From a plasmid: DNA of 64,000 nucleotides. The stretch lies in the sequence record NZ_CP015284.1; one strand, written 5' to 3'. Below are positions 1-10,437 of the stretch, piece by piece (position 1 is the stretch's first letter; each line of letters opens with the position of its first letter). The position numbers and the translations under genes are program-made. Below the pieces are notes generated by a model. It had not been told where the DNA came from and ran no database searches. It saw nothing but the letters and a program-made list of their open reading frames with translations.

Positions 1-33
1 AACACCACATTTGTCTGAAAGGAACTAACATAA

Positions 34-978
34 ATGACCTATACTCATCTTATCACAAACGAGCTTGTAATGATAGAGGCTTACTATCAAGAAGACATAA
101 AAGTTTCAGATATTGTGACTTCACTTGGCAGATCAAAACAGACAATCTACAATGTCATCAACTATCTGAAAGAGGGGCACTCTGCTTATGATTACTATAA
201 CCGATATAAAATCAATAAGAAACGCTGTGGCAGGAATAAAACCAGTCTTACGCAATCAGAAAAAGATTTTATCCAAACTCATTTAGAACAAAATTGGAGC
301 CTTGATGTCATTAAAGGAACTTATCCAGATAGGGTTGCTTGTTCTATGAGAACTCTCTATCGACTAGCAGACCATGGTATTCTAAAGAAAGAGGATCTCC
401 CTTGGAAAGGCAAAAGAAAACCAAATGGTCATAGCGAAAAACGAGGAAAACAAGCGTTGCGCAGAGATTTAAGTGAGAGAGCAGACAGTCATCCTAATTT
501 TAAGACGGGATTCGGTCATCTAGAAGGGGATACAATTGTGGGAGAAAAACACAAAAGTGCAGTCATTACCTTAGTAGAATGCTTCTCAAAAGCCATCATC
601 ACACTGAAAATCAATGGATGGAAAGCAAGTGATATTGAGGCCTCCATCAATCAATGGTTGTCTCAAGTTCCCAGTCATCTCTTTAAGTCGATAACTTTTG
701 ATTGTGGGAAAGAATTTTCTAATTGGAAATCTATTTCGAATGCACATGACATTGATATTTTCTTTGCGGATCCAGGATGTCCTGGTCAAAGAGGTCTCAA
801 TGAACATTCTAATGGCTTATTAAGACGAAATGGATTACCGAAACAGATGGTTTTTACTAATATTTCTCAAAAATATTTATCAGCTATAGCTGATAAAAGA
901 AATAGAATTTCTAGGAAATCATTGAATTATCAATCACCATACCAAGTTTTTCTGAGTTACTTGAAAAGTCTAACTTAA
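34..978 (+). CDS. IS30-family transposase (intact, 314 aa)
   Basis: N-terminal HTH followed by a DDE/rve-like domain (HLEGDTIVG...; FDCGKEF). The size and layout are typical of IS30-family transposases. Confidence 0.85.
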   Translation: MTYTHLITNELVMIEAYYQEDIKVSDIVTSLGRSKQTIYNVINYLKEGHSAYDYYNRYKINKKRCGRNKTSLTQSEKDFIQTHLEQNWSLDVIKGTYPDRVACSMRTLYRLADHGILKKEDLPWKGKRKPNGHSEKRGKQALRRDLSERADSHPNFKTGFGHLEGDTIVGEKHKSAVITLVECFSKAIITLKINGWKASDIEASINQWLSQVPSHLFKSITFDCGKEFSNWKSISNAHDIDIFFADPGCPGQRGLNEHSNGLLRRNGLPKQMVFTNISQKYLSAIADKRNRISRKSLNYQSPYQVFLSYLKSLT

Positions 979-1004
979 TTTAACAATTTAGGAATATAGG
1001 GTAT

Positions 1005-1278
1005 TATTAAGTGAAATCAATTTTTTTACAATAGATTCATACAGAGTCACTTATTCTTAAATAATGAAGGAGAACAGAAATGAAAAATATCTTATCTTTA
1101 CAACAACTTAAAGTAAAAGAAAATACTAAATTGATGGCTAAATCATCAAAAAGCATAAACTGTAAAAATAGTAGCCATGCTAGCTGGTTTGTTTGCTAGT
1201 CTCTAAAATTAAAATTACTTTTCATTTTTTATCTTAGTTTTATAGGAGGAATCAAATGAAGAAAATACTATCTTTACA
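1005..1278 (+). repeat. ~274-bp segment duplicated at 9956..10228 (~98% identity); covers the promoter/RBS region, peptide A and the start of the second peptide gene
   Basis: Direct comparison of the two stretches shows one 1-nt indel and a few substitutions. Confidence 0.85.
1080..1199 (+). CDS. small peptide A (39 aa, MKNILSLQQLKVKENTKLMAKSSKSINCKNSSHASWFVC); candidate pheromone/RiPP-type precursor
   Basis: A strong RBS (AAGGAGA) sits 6 nt upstream of the ATG. It has two paralogues that share a leader and a C-terminal Cys/Trp motif. It is below the 60-aa threshold of the ORF track. Confidence 0.4.
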   Translation: MKNILSLQQLKVKENTKLMAKSSKSINCKNSSHASWFVC

Positions 1279-1369
1279 GCAATTAAAAAAAACAGAAAGA
1301 GCTAAAACGAAATCTAGTATGAGTTTGAACTGTCAAATGAGTAGTAATAATAGCTGGTTTTTCTGCTAA
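1256..1369 (+). CDS. small peptide B (37 aa, MKKILSLQQLKKTERAKTKSSMSLNCQMSSNNSWFFC)
   Basis: RBS AGGAGGA. It is a paralogue of peptide A, sharing the MK(N/K)ILSLQQLK leader and the NCxxSSxxSWFxC tail. Confidence 0.4.
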   Translation: MKKILSLQQLKKTERAKTKSSMSLNCQMSSNNSWFFC

Positions 1370-1405
1370 AAAAGTATTTTAAATGTTTACCTAATAATAC
1401 CCTAA

Positions 1406-1432
1406 CTAGCCTTGAAAGTTTTTCAAGGCTAG
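1406..1432 (+). promoter_or_regulatory. perfect 11-bp inverted repeat (CTAGCCTTGAA-N5-TTCAAGGCTAG) between the peptide genes and the ABC transporter, with no T-tract
   Basis: Read directly from the sequence. It could be a readthrough-limiting hairpin or processing site, or an operator. Confidence 0.4.
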
Positions 1433-3175
1433 TTGCATAGTGAGAGTAATGATATGAAAAAAAATAATTATTTAGATATAGCTTATTTAAAAAAGTATCT
1501 ACCAAATAATTTTTATCTTTTCTTTTTGAGCTTACTAATACTAACTGGTACGATTGTCTCTTTAAGTATTCCAATTTTTATTATGGGAATAATTAATAAT
1601 ATGAAAAATGGGATTCATATCAGTAGTATATTAGTTGTTATTTCACTTTTCCTTATAGAATTATGCTTCACAGCAGTTTCGTATTATTTCATTAATAAAA
1701 CATCGGAAAGGATTGTAGAGCAGATACGTAACGAAATATGGATGCACATTTTAAAGTTGCCAGTCTCATATTTTGATAAAAATCGTTATGGGGCGGTTGT
1801 AACAAATATTATTCATGATACTGAAGAAATATTAGAATTTTTCAACAGTCAAATAAGCTCTTTTTTTACAAATGTTATATCTATAATTGGCTCTATTGTA
1901 ATTTTGTTCGTATTGGATTGGAAGTTAGCAATTTTATTAGGTGTGGCTGTTCCTATAGCTGTTCTGCTTACTAGTTATTTTGGTAATCAAGAATACACGA
2001 TATCAATGAGATATAGAGAAAGTATTGCGCACTTACAGAATAATCTTACATCTACTCTTTCAAAAATTAGGTTAGTAAAATCGACGACTTCGGAAGAGAC
2101 CGAGTTTCAGAAAGAGAGTGAATTATTTAATTCTTTATATAAGACTGGTGTAGAAGAAGGAAAAATATTGGGTATTCTTTCACCAATTTCTTCTATGGTA
2201 GTTATGCTACTCTTAGTTGTAACCTTTGGTTACGGTACCTACCGGGTATCAAATGGAACCCTATCGAGTGGAGCATTAGTTGCAAGTATTGTATATTTAT
2301 TTCAATTAGCTGATCCGTTTTCGCAAATTATTTCGTTTTTCACAAGCTATCAAAAATTTAGAGCCTCGGTCGTGAAGATAGGAGAATTACTTCAAGAACC
2401 GATTGAAGCTGATTTGGTTTTGGAGTTCAAACAGGCTAAATGTACAGATAGAGATGGTTTATTATTTAAAAATATCGATTTCTCTTATACAAAAGAAGAT
2501 GTCATATTTAATAACCTAGACTTTGAATTTCAATTGTACAAAACAACGGCCATTATTGGTAGGAGTGGAGTTGGAAAAACAACAATATTTTCATTGATAG
2601 AAAGATTTTATGTACCAACTCAAGGTAGTATCTTATTCCGCAATAAAGATATTGCCAGTATTCCTTTAAAAACTTGGCGGTCTAAAATTGCTTATTTATC
2701 GCAGGATATTGATTTGTCATACGGGACACTTTTAGAAAATTTAACTTACGGTATACACAATTATACGATGAACAAAGTAGATAACTTAGTTGAGGAATTT
2801 GGATTAAAATCATTTTTAGATAGTCTAGAAATGGGATATAATACTATCATTGGCGAGAAGGGAGTAACAATTTCGGGTGGTCAAAAGCAGCGAATTGCCC
2901 TTATTAGGGCAATATTGAAAGATGCTGATATTTACTTACTTGATGAGCCAACCTCAGCACTTGATGCACATACAGAAAAACTTGTTCAAATCACCTTAGA
3001 AAGATATTTGAAAGGAAAGACTGTCCTAGTTATAGCACATAGATTGAAAACAATTACCTCTGCAGATGAAATTGTTATTGTAAATAATAAGAAAATTGAA
3101 TATCACGGTACTCACAATGAATTATTAAATTCTTGTCACTTGTATAATCAGTTACTGGAGGATAGTGTACTATAA
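1433..3175 (+). CDS. ABC transporter, fused permease/ATP-binding exporter (ABCB-type half transporter); the true start is probably the ATG at 1454
   Basis: N-terminal TM region, then Walker A GRSGVGKTT, ABC signature LSGGQKQRIALIRA and Walker B IYLLDEPTSALD. There is no N-terminal C39 peptidase domain. Confidence 0.9.
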   Translation: MHSESNDMKKNNYLDIAYLKKYLPNNFYLFFLSLLILTGTIVSLSIPIFIMGIINNMKNGIHISSILVVISLFLIELCFTAVSYYFINKTSERIVEQIRNEIWMHILKLPVSYFDKNRYGAVVTNIIHDTEEILEFFNSQISSFFTNVISIIGSIVILFVLDWKLAILLGVAVPIAVLLTSYFGNQEYTISMRYRESIAHLQNNLTSTLSKIRLVKSTTSEETEFQKESELFNSLYKTGVEEGKILGILSPISSMVVMLLLVVTFGYGTYRVSNGTLSSGALVASIVYLFQLADPFSQIISFFTSYQKFRASVVKIGELLQEPIEADLVLEFKQAKCTDRDGLLFKNIDFSYTKEDVIFNNLDFEFQLYKTTAIIGRSGVGKTTIFSLIERFYVPTQGSILFRNKDIASIPLKTWRSKIAYLSQDIDLSYGTLLENLTYGIHNYTMNKVDNLVEEFGLKSFLDSLEMGYNTIIGEKGVTISGGQKQRIALIRAILKDADIYLLDEPTSALDAHTEKLVQITLERYLKGKTVLVIAHRLKTITSADEIVIVNNKKIEYHGTHNELLNSCHLYNQLLEDSVL

Positions 3176-4157
3176 GAGAAAGGAATATATATATTTACTA
3201 TTATGAACCATATAGTTCATTTAAAAGGATTTATTACTTTCTAAATTGGAATTTATATAAGGAATGCTATAAAAAATATGAAATCATTTTGTGAGTTGAG
3301 TCTTATTTTTTCAGGCTAGGAAACACCCCAATAACGAGGCGCCACAGAATTACCAAAGTCAGCTTGAGACTTGATTACGGATTTTCTCTTTATCCTAGAA
3401 TAAATGTAAGCGTCCAATAATAAAGTATCTCCCCCTTACCTAAACTCCCTACTAAACTATTACTATGGAGCATGTAACGACATTACAATAAATAAATCTG
3501 GGACAGGTCCATATCTTTTGCGGAAAAACAGGCTTAAGAAAAGGAATTGACTCCCTGGTTTTTTTGGTGAAATCACAATACGATTTAGTCCCATTTTCAA
3601 AATCTATCTTTATCTTTTGCAGTAGACGAAGTAATCGCTTCAAAGTACTTTACTGGGATGGTGAGGTGGGGTACTCTACAAGAGGTATGAAAATAGAAAA
3701 CTACCCGGCTAAGAGATGTTAACGAAGTTCGAGTTCTTACGGAAGAGGAAGTGGACTGGCTCATGAAGAGGGCTATTCACCGCAAAAAAATAGTACAAGA
3801 AGTCGTGTTCTCTATTGAGTCATGGATTTTGAACCAGTATAATAGAAAAATCAGTGTAACGTGGCTCTTTTCTACCATTTGTCAAGTATAATACGGTTTC
3901 TGATTCAACATTATTTATGAAAGTGTATGAAGGGAATTTATTGAGGAATAGTTCAAGCCGTTTTTTCTGACATTTGAGCATATAAAAACGACACCTTATC
4001 TGGTATTTTTTGAAACAAGGTGTTACAATAATACGGCATAGACAGCCTTATCGATTTTGGGTCAAAGAGTAATCGTAAAGTTTGTTATGCGTAATGAGGT
4101 AATACATTGTTCGAATGAGACGATGTATAGAGGCAATCGTATGTGGCTTAGTTGAAG

Positions 4158-5249
4158 CTATTGTCGATTGTCTTTTTCGTTTCTCATAGAAATCTGCGAT
4201 ATGGCAGGGATTGGTATGGCTAGCTGAAGCGATATTGTGAATACATTTGTACAGAATTTTTTTGCATAAGGATTCCCACGCTTAGTAATATGCTCTTGAC
4301 CTAGGAAATCTCCCGATTCATAGTGTTTGAGATCAATACCGATAAAAGCGTTGATTTGATTAGCAGACGTAAAGCGACGAATGTCTCCTAATTCACCAAT
4401 AACGCTTGTAGCCGTTGTCTCTGCGATGCCAGGAATAGAGAGAAGAATCTCATATTCAGGTAGAGGTTTAGCTAACTCTATCAACTGTTCTAAAACTTGT
4501 TCCCGACGGTTTGTCAACCTTATAAGTTCCTGTGCATTATACTTAACCTCTTCTATTATAGGAGAGGTTTTTGAAATGGCAGAATAAGATTGCTTTGCCA
4601 GTCCAACTAACTTCTCAGCCAAGTTATCTACTCTGTTCTCTGAAATGCGTTTAGAGGTTGACTGGCGAATAGTCTCTTTCAACTCAACTTCCGATAATTC
4701 CAGCACCCAATGCTTTGTTGGGAAGATGGACACGAGATTCCAATACTGCTCACCTGCAGGAGTAGATAGTAGAATCCCGATTTCTGGGAAGGCGACTTGA
4801 AGAACTTTGTGCAGCCTATTCTTCGTCCTTACGATATCCTCTGTCAGATTTTGGTAGAACCGGCTAAGATCATGCAAGTTTTGATAGACTTTTTCTTGAA
4901 CATAAGTTGGCTTACGGTTTAAAACGAATTGTGACGAAGCTAGTTTCTCTGCGTCAATTTTATCGGTTTTCCGGACTCGTAAGCTATCAAGTTGCTTTTT
5001 AGCTTCCAAAGGATTAAGACGTGTATAGTCATAGCTGTTTTCTTCTAGAAAAGCCTGAAGTCGGCGAGAGTAGACACCAGTAGCTTCGGAAATAATTTCG
5101 GGGTTACTCACGGTCTTTAGGTCCTTCAGTAGACGAGAAAATCCGATAATGTCATTAGACATAGTATAACCGTGAACCCTTTCACCATTCACAAAAATAG
5201 CAACTTCTGAGCTTGCTTTACTCACATCAATTCCAAATACTGTCCGCAT
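4158..5249 (-). CDS. IS110-family transposase (363 aa)
   Basis: N-terminal GIDVSK DEDD-type motif and a C-terminal IS116/IS110/IS902-type domain (IPGIAETTATSVIGELGDIRRF). Confidence 0.85.
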   Translation of the reverse strand: MRTVFGIDVSKASSEVAIFVNGERVHGYTMSNDIIGFSRLLKDLKTVSNPEIISEATGVYSRRLQAFLEENSYDYTRLNPLEAKKQLDSLRVRKTDKIDAEKLASSQFVLNRKPTYVQEKVYQNLHDLSRFYQNLTEDIVRTKNRLHKVLQVAFPEIGILLSTPAGEQYWNLVSIFPTKHWVLELSEVELKETIRQSTSKRISENRVDNLAEKLVGLAKQSYSAISKTSPIIEEVKYNAQELIRLTNRREQVLEQLIELAKPLPEYEILLSIPGIAETTATSVIGELGDIRRFTSANQINAFIGIDLKHYESGDFLGQEHITKRGNPYAKKFCTNVFTISLQLAIPIPAISQISMRNEKDNRQ

Positions 5250-5496
5250 TATGTTTACCTCTTTGTCTTGAACGATTCCTTATTTTAGTGATTTCATTTT
5301 CAATACTCGACGTCTAGCGTCCAACATACTTTGATAAAATTCCATCTAAAACAGGTGTCTTGCCAGTTTTTTATACGGCGTCTAGCGCCAAAAGAAGCCA
5401 CGACTTAACAAGACACCTCTACTTTAACACAAAGAAAAAGTAGTGAGTACTCACTCCCGTCGGAGATTTCTTCACTACTAATCTTAGTATGTTTTT

Positions 5497-6712
5497 TATA
5501 TTCAGAGTGATGAAAACACGCTTCCTAAAGTTAATAAAGTTTCTAAAACCGAATCCCAGACGTTTGATGTCTTTGATAAGCTTATTGGTGCCCTCCAATT
5601 TTGCATTTGAGTAATGTGTTTCTAGTGCGTTTTTGATGTATTGTTTGTGTCTAAGAAAGGTTCTAAAGACAGTTTGAAAGTAGTGATTGACCTTACTTAT
5701 ATTCTCCTCTATGAGTTCAAAAAACTCATCAATTCTTTTTTCTGAAAATAAAAAAGCAAAAACTTGTAGAGGTTATAGTCATTAGCGAGCTCTTTTGAAA
5801 AGTCCAATATCTTCACGGTGACTTCATTTGACTTAAAGTTTGACAAAAGGTCTTTGAGTGAAATGAGTTACAAGATAACTTACGGCTATCCTTTTGGAAG
5901 AGTCTCCAGTGATTTTTCAAGGCTCGGTAGGGTAGTGACTTCTTATCAAACTGATTCATAATGGCAATTCTTGTCTTCAAAAAGGCTCGACCAAGGTGTT
6001 GGATGATGTGGAAACGATCAATAATGATTTCGGCATTTGGGAAAAGTCTACGAGCTAGTGGGATATAGGCTCCTGACATATCCATTGTAATAAACTGCAC
6101 TTTTTGGCGAACCTTCAATGGATACTTCAAAAAGTGGTTTCGAATAGTGGTTTGACGGCGATTATCAAGGATGGTTATGAGTTTGTTGGTCTCATAGTTT
6201 TGTGCCACAAAAGCGAGTTCACCTTTCTTGAACCCAAACTCATCCCAAGACATAACAGCTGGGAGCTTGTCATAATGCTCCTTGAAAGTAAACTAGTCAA
6301 GCTTACGATAGACAGTGGACGTTGATACACGAAGTCTTCTGGCAATATCTGTTAGTGACACCTTTTCAGTAAGGAGCTGTGCAACTTTTTGCCGGACTAG
6401 ATTGGAGATTTGGCAGTTTTTCTCAACGATTGATGTCTTAGCTACCGTGACTCTCCTACAACTTTTACACTGGAAACGACGCTTTTTAAGACGTAATAGT
6501 GTAGGTGTTCCAGCTTGTTCAAGGAGAGAAATTTTAGAAGGCTTTTGAAAGTCATATGTGATCAACTTTCCTTGGCAGTGAGGACATGATGGTGCAGGGG
6601 AATCCAGTTTTGCATGAATTTCGATATGAGTATCAGTTTCAAAAACAAGAGAAATAATGATGTTAGGGTCTTTAATTCCGATTAATTCTGTGGTATTCTT
6701 AATAAGTCTCAT
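5497..6712 (-). pseudogene. ISL3-family transposase, frameshifted/degenerate copy; the left terminal hairpin/IR is retained to ~6833 and the right end is missing
   Basis: ORF fragments 6293..6712 and 5813..6253 are about 90% identical to the N-terminal and middle parts of the intact copy at 20592..21848. The reading frame is broken and the tail continues to ~5497 by DNA similarity. Confidence 0.8.
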
Positions 6713-6954
6713 AAGTTCTTCCTAATGATGGTTTGGTTGCTTTTCATTATAGTTCTTATGGGACTTTTTGTCTGCATTCAAAAAGCTCTATAATCTCTAC
6801 AGTGGTTTTACCCACTACAGAAATTATAGAGCCTGTTACACCTTGTTATTGAATACTTACGAATAAATAGCCAATTTTTTAAAATTATTGACAAAAAAAT
6901 ATTATTGTCTTACAATAATATCGAAGAAAGAATTATTGTAAGGCAATAATTGAG

Positions 6955-7485
6955 GTGTTTAACATGAAAAAAATATTAAAAATAACAAGTCATCTCTTGT
7001 CTCTAATGAGGTATCCTGTTTGGGGAATAAATTTCCTGTTATTTTTAGGAATAGTAGGAGTTTTATTTGGGGGACAGAGAAGTCATTGGATGTTTACATT
7101 TGACTATGGTGATTCCATTATTGATGTTCCAATAATTTTTCCATTAGTTATTCTTATATTGTTGATTATAATTTTTGTTTTTATTATCCAGTTATTAAAA
7201 ATTTGGAGTAAGTTGTTATTTGGTTTCAGTAAGGGTCAATTTTTTAGTGGTGAGAATCTTAAAAAATTAAAAAGATCGATGATATTTCTAGTTTTGGTGA
7301 CTGCTATTCAATTATTGATTAATCTAATATTCAACTATTTAAGTGTAGAAAATGTTAGTGAAGTATTTGATTTTTCGTTGAAAAATTACGTGGTACATAC
7401 TGTATTCATATTATTTAACGCTATATTGATTATCGTATTGGAAAAAGGAAAAAATATTCAAAAAGAAAATGAGGACTTTATTTAA
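6955..7485 (+). CDS. small polytopic membrane protein (DUF2975-like)
   Basis: It has four hydrophobic segments. It overlaps the downstream XRE regulator gene, which is a common two-gene module. Confidence 0.5.
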   Translation: MFNMKKILKITSHLLSLMRYPVWGINFLLFLGIVGVLFGGQRSHWMFTFDYGDSIIDVPIIFPLVILILLIIIFVFIIQLLKIWSKLLFGFSKGQFFSGENLKKLKRSMIFLVLVTAIQLLINLIFNYLSVENVSEVFDFSLKNYVVHTVFILFNAILIIVLEKGKNIQKENEDFI

Positions 7486-7714
7486 TGTAATGGATAAGAT
7501 ACAAATAAATTTAGAAAAGTTAATTAAAGAAAAGAAACTTACATCTAAAGAAGTTGCAAAAAGAATAAATATCACAGAGGCAAATCTATCAATTTTGAAA
7601 ACGGGAAAAGCAAAAGGCATACGTTTCACTACACTCTTACGAATATGTAGAGCACTTGATTGTCAACCTGGTGATATTTTAGAGTATGTTAGGAGTGAAA
7701 ACCATGAAGATTAA
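7469..7714 (+). CDS. XRE-family HTH transcriptional regulator (81 aa)
   Basis: HTH motif LTSKEVAKRINITEANLSILKTGK. It overlaps the end of the upstream membrane-protein gene (7469 < 7485). Confidence 0.7.
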   Translation: MRTLFNVMDKIQINLEKLIKEKKLTSKEVAKRINITEANLSILKTGKAKGIRFTTLLRICRALDCQPGDILEYVRSENHED

Positions 7715-8156
7715 AAAAGTAATATTATGTATGATCTTTACTCTTGCAAGCATTATGCTAGTTTCATGTAGTATAAATGAAACAGTAAAAGATGTTACAC
7801 AAGAAATAGAACAACAAATATCCAAAGATGATACAGATAATTTAGGTATAACTTATATTACGGAACAAAAAGAAGGGGAGACTCTAAAAGCATCATTTAC
7901 TGATTTTGATGGGGTTATTTATGTAATTAGTACTAAAGAGAATATTGAGTCAATAAAGAATTCAGATTTTAGTTTGGATAATAAAAATTTCGAAGATGTT
8001 AAAACTGATTCCTACGATGATTTCAATATTCGTTATAAAAATAAAACTTATTTTTCGGTTAAAAAACTTGATATAGAGTCAAATAATATTACTTCATTAA
8101 AATTTAATTCAGATTATTCAAAGAGTATTTTATTAGTTTATAGAACAAAAAACTAG
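7686..8156 (+). CDS. putative lipoprotein (signal peptide with lipobox LVSC)
   Basis: N-terminus MKIKKVILCMIFTLASIMLVSCS. It overlaps the upstream regulator gene (7686 < 7714). Confidence 0.55.
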   Translation: MLGVKTMKIKKVILCMIFTLASIMLVSCSINETVKDVTQEIEQQISKDDTDNLGITYITEQKEGETLKASFTDFDGVIYVISTKENIESIKNSDFSLDNKNFEDVKTDSYDDFNIRYKNKTYFSVKKLDIESNNITSLKFNSDYSKSILLVYRTKN

Positions 8157-10030
8157 TTTGTAGTCATAACTAGGGGGGTAGTAGTACTATGGCGAATATT
8201 TCGCTTATAGTGCTTTTGTGTACGACGTCATGTCGTACATCTGTGGTGAAATTCCCACGGTTCACTTGTTACGGGCGAAACAAATAACCCAATAGAGACT
8301 CCTAAGTTTGACGATTGTGATCTTGAGGAGAGGGGAAGTGATAGCAAAATTGTGGCTCTACAAACAAAATCAGATATAGGTAGATGAGGAAATCTAAAGT
8401 GTTCTTGCCAAAGTTTAGTTGAGCAGTCGTATGCCGAACGACATGTACGGTGGTAGTAGAGGCGCTACAAGTTGGCCTCTACTCTATTTTAGTGATTTTA
8501 GTCCGTTTTATTCCGCAGGAGAAAAAAACACTAGGTGCTAGAGGTAATTGAAAAAGTCAGTCACAGCAAATATTATTCATATAATATTTGCTGTGAAGAA
8601 AAGTACAAACATAAAATCGAATGATAGACAATTTCTGAGTTTTATAGGAAATATATCATTCGGTTTTTACTAACTGAAATGCTAATGCTTTTACAATTTT
8701 CAGTTGACTAGGCAAGTGCTGACTGGTTTATAGCCTTTTACAAGATGCACGATTGATGGGTGGTTGTTATTTTTTTCTGGAAGAGACAGGAAAAATCAAA
8801 ATCTTACTGATTTTCTCAAATTTTAACAATAAGAAATCATATGATATCAATTGACATCAATGTTTTTTAATAAAAGATTTAAAGCGATTTTGTTAATTAT
8901 GTTAATATAGATTTTTGCCCCAAAATATCATGGCCAAATTATTAATGGACGATATAAAGCAAGTATCGGTCATAATAATTTGAGATTTGTGTGAACGAAA
9001 AGGTGTTATCATACATGAAGCTAATGCTTGTTCAGATTATATTCGCATATTAGTCAGTATATCATCCAAATTAAGTGTTTTAGGTTTTATGGGCTACTTA
9101 AAAGGTAAAAGTTGATTGATGATTTTTGGCAAATGTGTGAATTTTAAATACAAATAAGGGAACAGAAAATTTTGGTGTAGTGGTTACTTATTATGGTCGC
9201 AATCAAAAAGTGATTGCAGAATATATACAAAATCAATTGCAAGATGACAGGGTAGCTGACCAACTGACCTTGCTTGAGACAGTTGATCCGTTTACAAGCG
9301 AAGCAAATAAAAAAGTAGGATAGTGGTGCGCAAGGAAGCTACTTTGGGTGAGGTTGTGTCCTAGGTCGGTAAGAGTGACCTTTCTCGATATCTTTAGAAT
9401 CTTGTCCATTTCTCAGAAACAGTCTTGGCTAAGAGATGTTTTTTGGGGTTATTTGGGCGTAATAGAACTTTTTTCAAAAATCATACCAAGGATAACTTTA
9501 TAGACATGGGGTGCCGGTGCCTTATTGAGTGGGTGACAACCACCTTATCCTTTAGTAGAATGGGCCTCTTAACGCTCTTTGAAATAGCTGTAGGCGCTTA
9601 TACTGCCCAATGTTTTTGAAAGTCGTTCTATATGGATATCCACTCTATCTGAAAGAGTTAAGTGTTTATATTTCATAGCTTCTTCTCTAGCAGAAAAGCT
9701 TCAGACTTGATACCACCACAAAACACGATTCATGTTAACTTCCGATTTTGAAGATAATGTGGAACTTAATATGAAAAATAACTCGATGAGGTAATTTTTT
9801 ATTTTACTTTCCAAATTTAAAAAAGATATGATATAATATGTAAGAAGAAAGCGCTATCACTACCCTGAAATGAGGTGAAATTACTTTCCGATATGAAAAT
9901 AATATTCAATAATTACAATATTCACTAACATATTGGGTATTCGATTTTTCTAATTTATTAAGTGAAATTAATTCTTTTACAATAGATTTATACAGAGTCA
10001 CTTATTCTTAAATAATGAAGGAGAACAGAA

Positions 10031-10150
10031 ATGAAAAATATCTTATCTTTACAACAACTTAAAGTAAAAGAAAATACTAAATTGATGGCTAAATCATCAA
10101 AAAGTATGAATTGTAAAAATAGTAGCCATGCTAGCTGGTTTGTTTGCTAG
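10031..10150 (+). CDS. small peptide A' (39 aa, a copy of peptide A with I26M)
   Basis: It lies inside the duplicated segment and keeps the same RBS. Confidence 0.4.
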   Translation: MKNILSLQQLKVKENTKLMAKSSKSMNCKNSSHASWFVC

Positions 10151-10205
10151 TCTCTAAAATTAAATTACTTTTCATTTTTTATCTTAGTTTTATAGGAGGA
10201 ATCAA

Positions 10206-10343
10206 ATGAAGAAAATACTATCTTTACAAACGTTGATTTCTACTGAAAAAGCAACGTTGTGCAATGCCTCCAATCTTAGTGTGACGTGTAAAAAACAAAG
10301 TTCAATTAGCTTGTTTTTATGTGTTAAAACTACGGATAAATAG
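10206..10343 (+). CDS. small peptide C (45 aa, MKKILSLQTLISTEKATLCNASNLSVTCKKQSSISLFLCVKTTDK)
   Basis: RBS AGGAGGA. It shares the MKKILSLQ leader, and its tail has multiple Cys and Asn/Ser residues. Confidence 0.35.
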   Translation: MKKILSLQTLISTEKATLCNASNLSVTCKKQSSISLFLCVKTTDK

Positions 10344-10392
10344 CTGATTGCAATAAGACTTTGATTTATTGTTTAAGGTTGATTTAAAACTT

Positions 10393-10437
10393 AACAACTA
10401 TAAAAATTGTAAATTAATTTTTATAGTTGTTTTTTTG
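10393..10437 (+). terminator. rho-independent terminator (16-bp perfect stem AACAACTATAAAAATT/AATTTTTATAGTTGTT followed by a T-run) after peptide C
   Basis: Read directly from the sequence. Confidence 0.7.

Noticed and set aside
586-807. 73-aa ORF antisense inside the IS30 transposase gene
   Set aside because: It is fully embedded antisense in a well-supported gene. It has no RBS and is a typical spurious frame.
1314-1574. 86-aa minus-strand ORF overlapping peptide B and the ABC transporter start
   Set aside because: It has a Tyr/Ser-rich low-complexity translation of AT-rich DNA, antisense to better-supported genes.
3452-3643. 63-aa ORF in the region downstream of the ABC transporter
   Set aside because: No RBS and no conservation cue. 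It lies in probable IS110-flanking non-coding DNA.
4381-4587. 68-aa ORF antisense within the IS110 transposase
   Set aside because: It is embedded antisense, and the translation has no features.
8165-8500. Possible tmRNA, because the region begins with GGGGGG and is structured
   Set aside because: It does not match the conserved tmRNA 5' end (GGGGxCGxUAC...) or the tag-reading-frame architecture. It is retained only as a generic structured non-coding region.
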